From assembly GCA_030603385.1 (NCBI GenBank), contig JAUVXW010000019.1, forward strand, positions 1 to 64,000: DNA of 64,000 nt, written 5' to 3'. Positions 19,893 through 30,188 of the stretch are shown here, in pieces. The DNA is from Promethearchaeota archaeon (GTDB lineage: Archaea > Asgardarchaeota > Lokiarchaeia > Sigyniarchaeales > SOKP01). Position 1 is the first letter of the stretch, and every line of letters starts with the position of its first letter. Below the pieces are notes generated by a model, which made no database searches, had not been told where the DNA came from, and saw nothing but the letters and a program-made list of their open reading frames with translations. A program made the translations under genes and the position numbers.

Positions 19893-20330
19893 TTATATAT
19901 CAAACACTATATCAATTACAACTTTATTTTTTTTTTCTTCAATATTCATAAATGAATAAGTAATTGCCTTTACTTCTGTACCAATTTCATGTTTGTCTTT
20001 ATCGAATTTTTCCCCCCTTACTACAGCATTTAATTTATATTTATCTTCAATTTTTTCAATAGATTTTACCGAGATATAACTAAAGACTAATTCTTCTACG
20101 TCAAATATATAAAGGAACTCTGATAAGAAGTCAAAACATAATGCATATTTATCTTCTGATTCTATCTCAATCTCTTTTTCGACATTTGTTGAAATTTTTT
20201 TCAAATTAGGAGTAATTGTAGCCATTAAACTTAATGCCGTTTGAGAAAAAGCTTCTTCTAAGTTTCTACCCCAACTTTTGACGCTTACATCAGCAGTATG
20301 ATCCCTAAATTCAAAACCGGCTCCTTTCAT
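19893..20330 (-). CDS. Archease (RtcB cofactor)
   Basis: DHTADV, EVKAITYS, C-terminal VFDI; convergent with rtcB. Confidence 0.95.
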   Translation of the reverse strand: MKGAGFEFRDHTADVSVKSWGRNLEEAFSQTALSLMATITPNLKKISTNVEKEIEIESEDKYALCFDFLSEFLYIFDVEELVFSYISVKSIEKIEDKYKLNAVVRGEKFDKDKHEIGTEVKAITYSFMNIEEKKNKVVIDIVFDI

Positions 20331-20395
20331 CTCTCTTTAATAAAATAAAATGAATCTTATAAACTTGATAATTATTAAATTTTTTGACTAATTAA

Positions 20396-20941
20396 GTGAA
20401 TTTCTTAGTACTTTTTATTTTTCCCTTGAGAAATTTTTACATGGGTTTTTATACTATAATCGATGATTTATATTTCTACCAAATGTTATCATTTGTAAGA
20501 AAATATAGTAATTTTGAGCTTAAATTAAATACGTATTTTTATAATAAAACTAATGGAATAACTCCAGAATTTATTGTAGTAATAAACAAATTTATTTTTT
20601 TCTTTGTAAGAAAAGATAAATATTTTACTTCTAAAATTTATCTAGGCTCTATTAGAAGAGAGATTACGCCCAAAAAGGTTTTGATTATAAGAGCTGAGAA
20701 TGTATTTATTAATTTGTTATTTAGTTTTTTTCCAGATTTATACATTCATGATATCAAGATAGAAAATAATACATCAGGAGAAAGAGAAATTTCATTATAT
20801 TTTTTGAGTTATAAAGATCGGGGTATCGCAATTGGGCGACGAGGAGAGTATATTAAATGTTTAAATGAATTATGCCAAAGATATATAATTCTTGAAAACA
20901 AAATAACACCACTAGAAATTAAATGTAAAGCTTTAGATTAA
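20396..20941 (+). CDS. NusA-like KH-domain protein (divergent paralogue; true start probably ATG at 20441)
   Basis: KKVLIIRAE and DRGIAIGRRGEYIK (KH GxxG loop) resemble archaeal NusA. Confidence 0.65.
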   Translation: MNFLVLFIFPLRNFYMGFYTIIDDLYFYQMLSFVRKYSNFELKLNTYFYNKTNGITPEFIVVINKFIFFFVRKDKYFTSKIYLGSIRREITPKKVLIIRAENVFINLLFSFFPDLYIHDIKIENNTSGEREISLYFLSYKDRGIAIGRRGEYIKCLNELCQRYIILENKITPLEIKCKALD

Positions 20942-20946
20942 AATTT

Positions 20947-21717
20947 TCAGTAAGGGACAGACTTTAACCCCACTAAATAGGCAACAGTATTAGCAATAAT
21001 ACTTACAGCCGGTGTTATAATTATTAGAAAAATGAAAATATAAATATCAGGGAATAAAAATATTGTTGGAGAAATAAAACTAGGGATTGCTACAAATAAA
21101 ATCGCTATTAAGGCGAAATCTAATTGATCTACAATCCAAAATGGTGCTCCGCTCTTAATATCGAATCGTCTTTTTAAAAAAGAGCCTGCTAAATCACCTA
21201 TTACCGCACCATAAGAGGCAAGTATAATTCTTATTAATAATACTAAAAAATTCATTGGAAATTGACCACCAATAAAATAATATTTAAATACTTCAAAATC
21301 ATTGTAGAGCATATATTGCCCTTCATTTAAACCTTGAATTACTATATCTTTTATTGGTTGCCAAAGAATTATAAAAAGTAGAAATAACATAATTGAAATA
21401 GGAATACCAACATATAAAGGTCCTTTTAACCCATTTACGGTTTTATGGTCACCCAATATCCTTCTTCCATCTCGAAAAAGTTTACCCCCATCAATTGGGC
21501 GACCTCCACCTGTGAAAACCATTGATGCGTTTGAAAGATAAGCGGGAACAATCAATAATAGCGAAAAGATTAATAAACTAACCCAATCTGCCCATGTAAA
21601 AAATACTGACATAACTAAGAAATTTACTAAGAGTAAGCAGGCGAAAAACAGGGCTAGTATAAATGCGATCCTTTTATTCCTATTTTCTCTTTCTTCTAAA
21701 GTTTCGGTTGCTGTCAA
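20947..21717 (-). CDS. carS: CDP-archaeol synthase
   Basis: PAYLSNA, PIDGG..FRDGRRILGDHKT, GDLAGSFLKRR, DQLDF. Confidence 0.93.
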   Translation of the reverse strand: MTATETLEERENRNKRIAFILALFFACLLLVNFLVMSVFFTWADWVSLLIFSLLLIVPAYLSNASMVFTGGGRPIDGGKLFRDGRRILGDHKTVNGLKGPLYVGIPISIMLFLLFIILWQPIKDIVIQGLNEGQYMLYNDFEVFKYYFIGGQFPMNFLVLLIRIILASYGAVIGDLAGSFLKRRFDIKSGAPFWIVDQLDFALIAILFVAIPSFISPTIFLFPDIYIFIFLIIITPAVSIIANTVAYLVGLKSVPY

Positions 21718-21993
21718 ATTGTTCTATTACCCTATTTACTAAAAATTTATTAAAAAATTGAATAATTTTACAAATTCTTGATTAAATTAAATTCTTATTA
21801 AACCTATTTTTATTAACTAGATCTTAATAAATATTGCTTCATAAATAATATTCTTTTAAAATACCGACAATAATTATATAATTTATTGAAAAGATTATTC
21901 AAAATCAGATATTAAAGCTTTAACATTTTTCTATTAAATTAAAGATTAATAATTAACTTTATAAATGCAATAGAAATATTACATAATACAGTA

Positions 21994-22006
21994 TTTCGAG
22001 TGGAAA
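21994..22006 (+). promoter_or_regulatory. Mini-ORB-like Orc1/Cdc6 binding site upstream of cdc6
   Basis: TTTCGAGTGGAAA resembles the ORB core TTCCAGTGGAAA; lies in an AT-rich 327-bp intergenic region; only one copy seen. Confidence 0.35.
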
Positions 22007-22044
22007 AAAATTCTCTTATTAAAATGAATCTCTTGGTGCCATAA

Positions 22045-23352
22045 TTGTTGAACAATCATGAAAATAATTATCAATTTAATATTGACAAATTTTACAAAAA
22101 TTATCTTAAAGGACCAAAAATTTTCAATAATCGTAATGCATTAGAACCATCCTATATCCCTGAGATATTACCTCATAGAGATGTTCAAATAAAAGATATT
22201 GCTGAAAAAACTGCATGTGCTTTACTAGGGGATGCACCTCCAAGTTTCTTATGTTATGGTCAAACTGGAACAGGTAAAACTGCTACTATAAGATATGTGA
22301 GCCAAAAGTTAGCACAACAAAACTCAGAAATTAAACCTTGGTGGATTTATATTAACTGTAATGTTGTTTCCACACCATATCGTATTTTAGCTCATATATA
22401 TAACACAATCTCACGAGATGAGAAAATTCCACCAACAGGACTTCCAAAGGATATAATTTTTAAGAAATTGCTAGGTTTACTCGACTCCAGAGTAGGGGGG
22501 TCAATATGCTTTTTGGTGTTGGATGAGATAGATATTTTAGTGGATAAAAAAGGTGGAAACGAAATATTATATGATTTAACTAGATTGAATGAGAATTTGG
22601 ATCATTGCAAGTCTAGCTTAATAGGTATCTCTAATAAATTAAAGTTTAGAAATAGTTTAGACCCCAGAATTTTGTCAAGTTTAGGAGAAGAACATATAGT
22701 TTTTCCTTCTTACGATGCAAGTGAGCTTAGAGATATTTTAAATGAGAGAGCAAAAATTGCTTTTCATGACTATGTTTTAAAGGAAGATGTAATTCCTTTA
22801 TGTGCGGCACTAGCTGCAAAGGAACATGGAGATGCGAGAAAAGCATTACAACTACTAAGAAAGGCTGGAGAATTAGCTGAAAGAGCTCAAAGCAAAATCG
22901 TAACGTCAAAATATGTTGAGAAAGCTCAAGAAGATATAGAAAAAGATTATATTATGGAATACATAAAAGGCATGCCACTCCAAGCTCAATTAGTTTTAAC
23001 TTCAATATATTTGATCTCAAAATTTAGTCCTGATCATATTATAATTTCTGGAGATATATATGATGTACATTCTGAAATAAGAGGATTGATTCCTGGAGTC
23101 CGTCAATTAACTAAACGGAGGATTAGTGATTATATAAATGAATTGGCTCTATCTGGCATAATTTCTGCTGAGGTTAAATCTATGGGACATTATGGTAGAA
23201 CTAAAATAATTAAATTTGATGTTGGAATAGATATTATTGAAAAAGTTCTTTATGAAATCGATAAAATTCAAGGGATTTTAAATCATAAACCGATATTATT
23301 ACAAACAGATAAAGTTAAATTGAAAAATAATATCTTTAAGAAATTAATTTAA
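22045..23352 (+). CDS. cdc6: Orc1/Cdc6 replication initiator
   Basis: LPHRD, Walker A GQTGTGKT, LVLDEID, GDARKAL, C-terminal winged helix with GHYGRTK. Confidence 0.96.
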   Translation: MLNNHENNYQFNIDKFYKNYLKGPKIFNNRNALEPSYIPEILPHRDVQIKDIAEKTACALLGDAPPSFLCYGQTGTGKTATIRYVSQKLAQQNSEIKPWWIYINCNVVSTPYRILAHIYNTISRDEKIPPTGLPKDIIFKKLLGLLDSRVGGSICFLVLDEIDILVDKKGGNEILYDLTRLNENLDHCKSSLIGISNKLKFRNSLDPRILSSLGEEHIVFPSYDASELRDILNERAKIAFHDYVLKEDVIPLCAALAAKEHGDARKALQLLRKAGELAERAQSKIVTSKYVEKAQEDIEKDYIMEYIKGMPLQAQLVLTSIYLISKFSPDHIIISGDIYDVHSEIRGLIPGVRQLTKRRISDYINELALSGIISAEVKSMGHYGRTKIIKFDVGIDIIEKVLYEIDKIQGILNHKPILLQTDKVKLKNNIFKKLI

Positions 23353-24032
23353 ACTCTAAATTCCCATTTATCAATGTTCTCTGCTAAATCTTTAAGGAAA
23401 AACTCAGCAGAGTCCTCCTTTTCCTCTTTTAAAAGCAGAAAGAATCTAGCTAAATGCTTGCAAAATTGTTTGTTTTTACTCCTTCTTGTTTCAAAATCAT
23501 GGCAATTGTGTTTTAATAATTTTTTATTTATATCAATTTCAATATAATAGGGTTCTTCCTTAGAACCTGAAACTGTCGATTTCATAACACCTTTCGTGGT
23601 ATCTATTTCTTTTATATCAAAATCAGTACTCGGTATATTTGCTGCTCTATTTATTGTGCCCTTCTCTACAAAAGATTTTAATAAAATACTAAAACTTGTT
23701 GTTTTATCTTTTTCAATTATGCTTGTCATTTGGGTGGTCTTTTTAGCTGTATTTATTTTTTTTAAAATCTCATTTTTTCTTTTTTTTTGCCAGGTTTTTA
23801 ATTTCTCATTTAGAGAAGTAGATAAATTAAGCATTCCATTATCATCTTTGGTTAATAGATTGCTCTTAAGGCAGTTTTTAACAAATATACTTGCTTTATT
23901 TGGAGGAACTAAAAATAATTCATATGAAATTTTATATAAAAGGTTATTCAGTGTAATATAGGGTAAATCAATTATTTTCCAAAGATATAATAACAATTCT
24001 GTATTATCTTCACGAGGAATTGCTAAATTCAT
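23349..24032 (-). CDS. SWIM-type zinc-finger protein
   Basis: VSGSKEEPYYIEID...HNCHDF...FCKHLA. Confidence 0.7.
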   Translation of the reverse strand: MNLAIPREDNTELLLYLWKIIDLPYITLNNLLYKISYELFLVPPNKASIFVKNCLKSNLLTKDDNGMLNLSTSLNEKLKTWQKKRKNEILKKINTAKKTTQMTSIIEKDKTTSFSILLKSFVEKGTINRAANIPSTDFDIKEIDTTKGVMKSTVSGSKEEPYYIEIDINKKLLKHNCHDFETRRSKNKQFCKHLARFFLLLKEEKEDSAEFFLKDLAENIDKWEFRV

Positions 24033-24071
24033 AGATTATTATAATTTTTTATCTTTTATTAAATTGAATTA

Positions 24072-25880
24072 TTAAAGCCTGATTTTTAAGTCTAATTGTG
24101 TTCCTTTCAAAGAATCTAAATCTATTATTGATATAATCCCTGGTGTAGGGTGGATTCCTAGAGAATTCATAAAATCTGTTTGGCTTTGAAAACATCCCGA
24201 ATTAACCAAAATAATATTATTGTAAGTACCCATATCATTAATATGAATATGTCCTGTGTGAAAAATATCTGGAATTTTATCAATTACAAGCCAATCCTTA
24301 TTAGTGGGTGCTATTTGGGTTTTCTTCCCATAAACAGGAGCTAAATGCCTACATTTTAAAAGCTCTTTCATTGTTTCAACGGATTTACTATTTTCCATTC
24401 CAGGGATTAACATATTTACGTCGAGAATACTATCCCCGTGGAAAACTAAAGTATTTACATTATGAGTTTTAACAAGAGATGGGTTTCCAATACAAGTTAC
24501 CCCTAAGTTTATAAGTTCTTCTGAATATTTTTTGGGTACAGCAGGTCTAGGAATAGCATTTCTTACAGGTTCGTGATTTCCTGAACTATAAAAAATTTTA
24601 ATATATTCCGGAATTCCCGAGAGTAATTCTACTGCCTTATTAAATTGTTTATAAATATTAGATATTAGAAGGTCGCTTTTCTGTGTTGGATAAACTCCTA
24701 TTCCATCAACTAAATCTCCATTGATTATGATATATTTAATTCTCCCAGCTCTTTCTCTTTGAGCTTTATTTCCTATTTTTCCATTTAAAAAATCTATAAA
24801 TCTCTTCCATAACTTTTCATCAAATTCTTTACTACCAATATGGGTATCGGAAATTAAAACAATAGATAATGGATCAGTAGATTTATTTGGCTCACAATCT
24901 CTTGGAATATCAATTTTAGTTATATAATTCCCATAAATTATGCCTGGTTTACCTTTATCACCTGGATTATAAGTACCCTCTATATAAACCATTTGATCGT
25001 TAAGAGTTCTTTCAGCGATTTTTACGTTATCGGGATTTTCTGTGTCTTTTCTAATAATTACTTTTATTAAGCCAGTAAGATCTTCTAATGTTAGTAAGTA
25101 AAATCCATTTTTAGTTATTCTAATATCGTTTACAAGACCAATAATAGATACTTCTACCTTATTGGATAATCTTAATATATTATTGATATTGTCAGCATTG
25201 TGGACTTCTGTTCTTTTTCTCATTAGATTTCGAAGTTTGTTAAATTTATCAAATGTTAAATTATAAAAATCCTTATAATCTCCATTGGTGTACAATTTTC
25301 CAGTAGGGTCCTTTAAAATTTCAAATTGAGAATTGTATTCCTTTGCCATAGGATTAAATGCAATTGTAGATTTAGTGCCTTCTATTAATTTTATTTTTGT
25401 TGTTCTATTAACTTCCAAATTCACAGAGTTATTGCTATATTCCAGTGTTGGAGAAGATTGTGGTTTAATTTTATAATCATTCATTCTTTCACTAACAATA
25501 GCAGTCTCTTTAACGGAATTTGATCTAATGGTTTTTTGCGAAACGACTTTTGGTAAAGGTGTTTGAATTTCCTCATAATTGTCTATTATCTTTAACTCCT
25601 CTTTACTAGAATTTATTTCTTTCTTAACGAGTTTCCTTTTCACTATTTTCTTTATTTCTTCATTGGATATTTTATTTAAAATGTTTTCAGTCAAATGACT
25701 CTTGAAACTAGCTATAAAACTCGAATCTTTAATTATCAGATTAATTTTATTAAGAGGATTATCTAGGGTTAAGATAAAGTCCAAAAGAGGAGGAGTGATA
25801 TTTATACCCGAATTCACTAGCTTTTTTACAATAATTTTTTTTACTTCAGTATTTTCTGCTATCAATGTTTTCCATTCCAA
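24072..25880 (-). CDS. polB: DNA polymerase D small (exonuclease) subunit DP1
   Basis: OB fold (LEDLTG), ISDTHIGS, GDLVDGIGVYP, GNHE, FHGDS, HTGHIH. Confidence 0.95.
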   Translation of the reverse strand: MEWKTLIAENTEVKKIIVKKLVNSGINITPPLLDFILTLDNPLNKINLIIKDSSFIASFKSHLTENILNKISNEEIKKIVKRKLVKKEINSSKEELKIIDNYEEIQTPLPKVVSQKTIRSNSVKETAIVSERMNDYKIKPQSSPTLEYSNNSVNLEVNRTTKIKLIEGTKSTIAFNPMAKEYNSQFEILKDPTGKLYTNGDYKDFYNLTFDKFNKLRNLMRKRTEVHNADNINNILRLSNKVEVSIIGLVNDIRITKNGFYLLTLEDLTGLIKVIIRKDTENPDNVKIAERTLNDQMVYIEGTYNPGDKGKPGIIYGNYITKIDIPRDCEPNKSTDPLSIVLISDTHIGSKEFDEKLWKRFIDFLNGKIGNKAQRERAGRIKYIIINGDLVDGIGVYPTQKSDLLISNIYKQFNKAVELLSGIPEYIKIFYSSGNHEPVRNAIPRPAVPKKYSEELINLGVTCIGNPSLVKTHNVNTLVFHGDSILDVNMLIPGMENSKSVETMKELLKCRHLAPVYGKKTQIAPTNKDWLVIDKIPDIFHTGHIHINDMGTYNNIILVNSGCFQSQTDFMNSLGIHPTPGIISIIDLDSLKGTQLDLKIRL

Positions 25881-26106
25881 GATTGAATTGCATTAATTAT
25901 TGTTTGACAAAATTAAATCCTTTTTTATTAAAGGAAAAACATGATTTCTTTTTATTTCAATGGGGTGTCATAAATTAACATTCTCTTCACATTTATAAAT
26001 GAAATAGCTGATTAATAAATGAATTTAATTTATGGTAGGAAATAACTATAATAATATCGATAATATTATCTTTACACTTGAAAAAATTTTTTAGAAAGGG
26101 TACAAT

Positions 26107-29100
26107 ATGGTAGAAATGAATAAGGAGATTGAGAATTACTTTGTTTCAATCCAAAACCAAGTAGATCACTGCTATTCAATAGCTGAAAAAGCACGTAGTA
26201 AAGGATTTGATCCAGAAAAATACGTAGAATCTCCTCAAGCGAAAGATTTAGCTGGGAGAGTTGAAAAATTAGTTGGACCAGAAGGTATTGCTGAAGCAAT
26301 AAGAAATTTGAAGAAAATTGGATTAAATGATGATGAAATTGTTTTTAAAGTAGTTACTGATATATTAGATAAAAAAGTTGGAAATATTGAATCCCTAGAA
26401 GAACGAGTAGAAAGAGCTATAAGAGCAGGATTGGCAATAAAAACGATGGGGGTGGTAAGTGCCCCACTTGAAGGAATTTCCAAGATCTTAATACGGAAAG
26501 ATCAATTCGGTAAGAAGTACTTATCTTTATTCTTTGCGGGTCCAATAAGAGCTGCAGGGGGGACAACTGCCGCTCTATGTGTATTAATTGCTGATTATGT
26601 TAGAAAGAAATCGAATATTCCAAAGTATGAAGCAACTGAGGCAGAAATCGGAAGATATGTAGAAGAGGTAAAACTTTATAATAGAAATGTTCATTTGCAA
26701 TATCCTTCTTCCAATCGTGAGATACGATATGCTGTTAAAAATTTACCCATTGAAATTAATGGTGATTCAACTGAGGTTGAAGAAGTTTCTGCTTTTAGAG
26801 ATTTACCGAGAATTGAGACAAATAACATAAGGGGTGGGGCGTGCCTTGTTTTAAATGATGGAATCTTATTAAAAGCCCCAAAACTGTTGAAAATTGCAAA
26901 AGCTATGAATTTAGAAGGATGGGATTGGTTAGATGATTTGAAAAAAATTACCCAAAAAGAAGAATCTGAAAAGAGCCAAATAGAAAATGTGAAAAACAAA
27001 AAGGAAGAGGTGGAATTTATAGCCCCAAATTCTAAATATGTTGCGGATATTATTGCTGGTAGACCTGTGTTTAGCTATCCCTCCGAAATTGGAGGTCATA
27101 GAATAAGATATGGTCGATCTCGGAATACTGGATTGGCAGCAGGAGGAATGCACCCTGCGACTATGGGAATTTTAGATGATTTTGTGGCTATTGGCACACA
27201 GCTTAGAATTGAAAGACCTGGTAAGAGTACAAGCATTTGTCCTGTAAGTGCTATTGAAGGTCCTATTGTAAAATTAAAAGACGGAAATGTTATTAGAGTT
27301 TCTTCGTATAAAATGGCTAAACAAGTATTTCCAGATATTGAATCAATATTATTTTTAGGAGATATTCTTTTTGGGTTTGGAGAATTTGCTGAGAATAATC
27401 ATAAATTAATCCCTTCTGGTTATGTTGAAGAATGGTGGACATTAGACTTGAAAAAAGCCATTAAAAATCAAAAAGGTATTAATCCTAGACTATTAGAATT
27501 AATAGAAAATCCTTTTAATCTTAAACCTACAGCAGAAGAAGCAATAAAAATATCTCAGGAGTATAAAATCCCCTTACATCCTTCTTTCACCGATTTTTGG
27601 GGGAATATTTCAATCGAAGAACTCTATACGTTAAGAAATGCCTTCATCACAGGATTTTCAGATTTAGAAAAAAAAATCGTTTTAAACAATAATGAGAATA
27701 TTAAAAAAATACTAGAAAAAGCCTTTATTATTCACAGTGTCAAAGAAAACAAAATTATTTTTAGCAAGAGGATGAATTTCATCCATTCAGAAATATTTAA
27801 ACTTAGGGATAAAAAGCAAATAAAATTTGAAAAGGATGAAAGTGTTTTTTCATATTTTAATAAAATTTCTTCAATAAAAATTAAAAATAAAGCACCTTAT
27901 TTCATGGGATCTCGAATGGGAAGACCAGAAAAATCTGAGAGAAAAAGTATGAAAGGAATTCATACTTTATTTCCTTTAAGTGATAAAGTTGGAAGCTCGA
28001 GATCAGTAGCAAAGGCACTTGAACTTCAAAAAGTAAAGATAGATGTGTGCAGAAAAAAATGTCCTAAGTGTGGTACAATTAGTATATTCAATATTTGTCC
28101 CAAATGTTCTACACACACCGAATTAGGATCAATTTGTGAAAAATGTAAAAAATTATATCCACGTATTGAACCAAAAAATGAAGAGAGATGTCCTCAATGT
28201 AATGGAAGATTAAAGGCATCTAAAGAAGCATTTTTTAACCTTAAGAACCATATTAATTCAATTTTAAGGTCTTTACAAGTTCCTCTTCCAAAAAAATTAA
28301 AGGGTATTTATGGATTAACTAATCAGTTTAAAGTTCCTGAACCTTTAGAAAAAGGAATTTTGAGAGCTAAAAACAATGTTTTAGTATATAAGACTGCTGA
28401 AATAAGATATGATGCTACAGACATACCTTTATCACATTTTAAACCAGAAGAAATTGGAATATCAATTAAACAACTTAAGGAGTTAGGGTATACTCATGAT
28501 TATAAAGGAAATATTTTAACTGAAGTCAAACAAATTGTGGAACTAAGGGTTCAAGATATAATTCTATCAGATGATTGTGCTAACTACTTTATCAAAGTTG
28601 CAAATTTCTTAGACGATGAATTAGATTACTTTTATAAAATGAATCGTTTTTATAATATTACTAAAAGAGAAGACTTGATTGGACATTTGGTTGTTGGTTT
28701 AGCACCTCATACTAGTGCGGGGATAACCGGGCGGATTATTGGATTTAGTCCTGCAAGATCTATTTATGCTCATCATTTTTGGCATTCTGCTAAAAGAAGA
28801 AATTGTGATGGAGATGAAGATGGAATTATGTTGTTATTAGATCCTCTTTTAAATTTTTCAAGACATTATTTACCAAATAAAATTGGAGGTAGAATGGATG
28901 CAACCTTAGTAATTTCATCGATATTAGATCCAAATGAAGTAGAATCTGAAGCTCATAATGTAGATGTAATGTTTAGATACCCTTTAGAATTTTATGAAGC
29001 TAGTGAAATTTATTCAATGCCATCTGAAATTGAGGAAATTATGGATTTAGTCAAGGATCGTTTAGGAACACCAGAACAGTATGAAAATCTTGGGTATAAT

Positions 29101-29562
29101 ATTCCAACAGAAAATATTAATGAAGGCCCTAAAACTACAGCGTATAAATTATATGAATCTATGGATGAAAAAATAGATGCCCAATTACATCTGGGGAAAA
29201 TCATTAGGGCTGTTGATGTAAGAAAAGTTGCAGAGAAAATTTTGGCAACTCACTTTAATCCAGACATTTTAGGAAATCTAAGAAAGTTTAGTGTACAGGT
29301 ATTTAGATGTGTTAAATGCAATTCTAAATATCGAAGGCCACCTCTCTCAAGTGCAGGAAAATGTCCTAAATGTGGAAATAAAATAATATTAACTGTAAAT
29401 CGTGGAGGAATTGAAAAGTATATCCCTAGAGCTTTAAAGCTTTGTAAGAATTATAATTTAGATGAGTATACTGTTCAAAGAATGGAATTAATTGAAGAAT
29501 ATGTAGAGAGTTTAACTAACAATCCTAAGATTAAGCAACATAAGCTAGCTGACTTCTTCTAG
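26107..29562 (+). CDS. polC: DNA polymerase D large subunit DP2 (no intein)
   Basis: FAGPIRAAGGT, RYGRSRNTG, RMGRPEK, catalytic KRRNCDGDED, C-terminal zinc fingers, PIP-like QHKLADFF. Confidence 0.97.
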   Translation: MVEMNKEIENYFVSIQNQVDHCYSIAEKARSKGFDPEKYVESPQAKDLAGRVEKLVGPEGIAEAIRNLKKIGLNDDEIVFKVVTDILDKKVGNIESLEERVERAIRAGLAIKTMGVVSAPLEGISKILIRKDQFGKKYLSLFFAGPIRAAGGTTAALCVLIADYVRKKSNIPKYEATEAEIGRYVEEVKLYNRNVHLQYPSSNREIRYAVKNLPIEINGDSTEVEEVSAFRDLPRIETNNIRGGACLVLNDGILLKAPKLLKIAKAMNLEGWDWLDDLKKITQKEESEKSQIENVKNKKEEVEFIAPNSKYVADIIAGRPVFSYPSEIGGHRIRYGRSRNTGLAAGGMHPATMGILDDFVAIGTQLRIERPGKSTSICPVSAIEGPIVKLKDGNVIRVSSYKMAKQVFPDIESILFLGDILFGFGEFAENNHKLIPSGYVEEWWTLDLKKAIKNQKGINPRLLELIENPFNLKPTAEEAIKISQEYKIPLHPSFTDFWGNISIEELYTLRNAFITGFSDLEKKIVLNNNENIKKILEKAFIIHSVKENKIIFSKRMNFIHSEIFKLRDKKQIKFEKDESVFSYFNKISSIKIKNKAPYFMGSRMGRPEKSERKSMKGIHTLFPLSDKVGSSRSVAKALELQKVKIDVCRKKCPKCGTISIFNICPKCSTHTELGSICEKCKKLYPRIEPKNEERCPQCNGRLKASKEAFFNLKNHINSILRSLQVPLPKKLKGIYGLTNQFKVPEPLEKGILRAKNNVLVYKTAEIRYDATDIPLSHFKPEEIGISIKQLKELGYTHDYKGNILTEVKQIVELRVQDIILSDDCANYFIKVANFLDDELDYFYKMNRFYNITKREDLIGHLVVGLAPHTSAGITGRIIGFSPARSIYAHHFWHSAKRRNCDGDEDGIMLLLDPLLNFSRHYLPNKIGGRMDATLVISSILDPNEVESEAHNVDVMFRYPLEFYEASEIYSMPSEIEEIMDLVKDRLGTPEQYENLGYNIPTENINEGPKTTAYKLYESMDEKIDAQLHLGKIIRAVDVRKVAEKILATHFNPDILGNLRKFSVQVFRCVKCNSKYRRPPLSSAGKCPKCGNKIILTVNRGGIEKYIPRALKLCKNYNLDEYTVQRMELIEEYVESLTNNPKIKQHKLADFF

Positions 29563-29758
29563 TTTAATATACCCCCAAATCGATACTTCTCAAAGCATGG
29601 TAACAAATTCCTTAATCCCTATTTAGATTTTATTTAATTTTCTCCTGATTACAAACCCATCTTTAGCGATCAATCCAATCTAAGTTCCTAACATATCCAT
29701 ATTGATATTTCTAGATTGGAGAGATCTCCAATAGAATAGAATTATTGAATCTTGAAAT

Positions 29759-29910
29759 TGCAGGAGGTGGGATTTTCGATAGAGATCGATATGATCTTTC
29801 ATCAACATTCGAACCCACGAAGACCTATGTCACTAGAACCTCAGTCTAGCGCCGTTAACCGCTTGTTCAATTTAATGGACTAAGCTTAGACCAGGCTTGG
29901 CAACTCCTGC
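29759..29910 (-). tRNA. tRNA-Leu(GAG) with two non-canonical introns (D-loop 29855-29886, 32 nt; T-loop 29773-29807, 35 nt)
   Basis: Acceptor GCAGGAG/CTCCTGC+A; anticodon arm CTAGA-CTGAGGT-TCTAG; long variable arm; removing both inserts gives D-loop AAGCCTGGTCTAC and T-loop TTCGAAT. Confidence 0.9.
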
Positions 29911-30188
29911 TTTAAATTGTTTTTTTATACGTTTTTTTCTAAATACAAAGAACAAAAAGTATAGGTAATATTGAATTTAGATAATGTATACAGTTTTTAA
30001 AATCTTTTTCCTTTATTATTGTTAATTACTTTAAATGCTTAGTTCTAATTTAGATTGGCATTCTACTTATTTTTTTTAACTAAATCTCTTAATTCTAAAA
30101 AAGTGAAGGATTATCGTTTTCTATAAATTTTTAAGATAAACTTATTATATTAAATATTAAAAAACAAATTACCGAGGTTATTAAATTC

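Noticed and set aside
26107-29562. Intein in PolD DP2 (also considered for RtcB, Cdc6 and NrdD)
   Set aside because: Lengths are normal, the catalytic motifs are contiguous and no intein terminal motifs were seen.
29580-29758. Integrated element or att site downstream of tRNA-Leu; short inverted repeats (TCCAATCTA/TAGATTGGA, TTGGAGA/TCTCCAA)
   Set aside because: No integrase and no duplicated tRNA 3' end noticed in the window; the repeats are too short to support a call.
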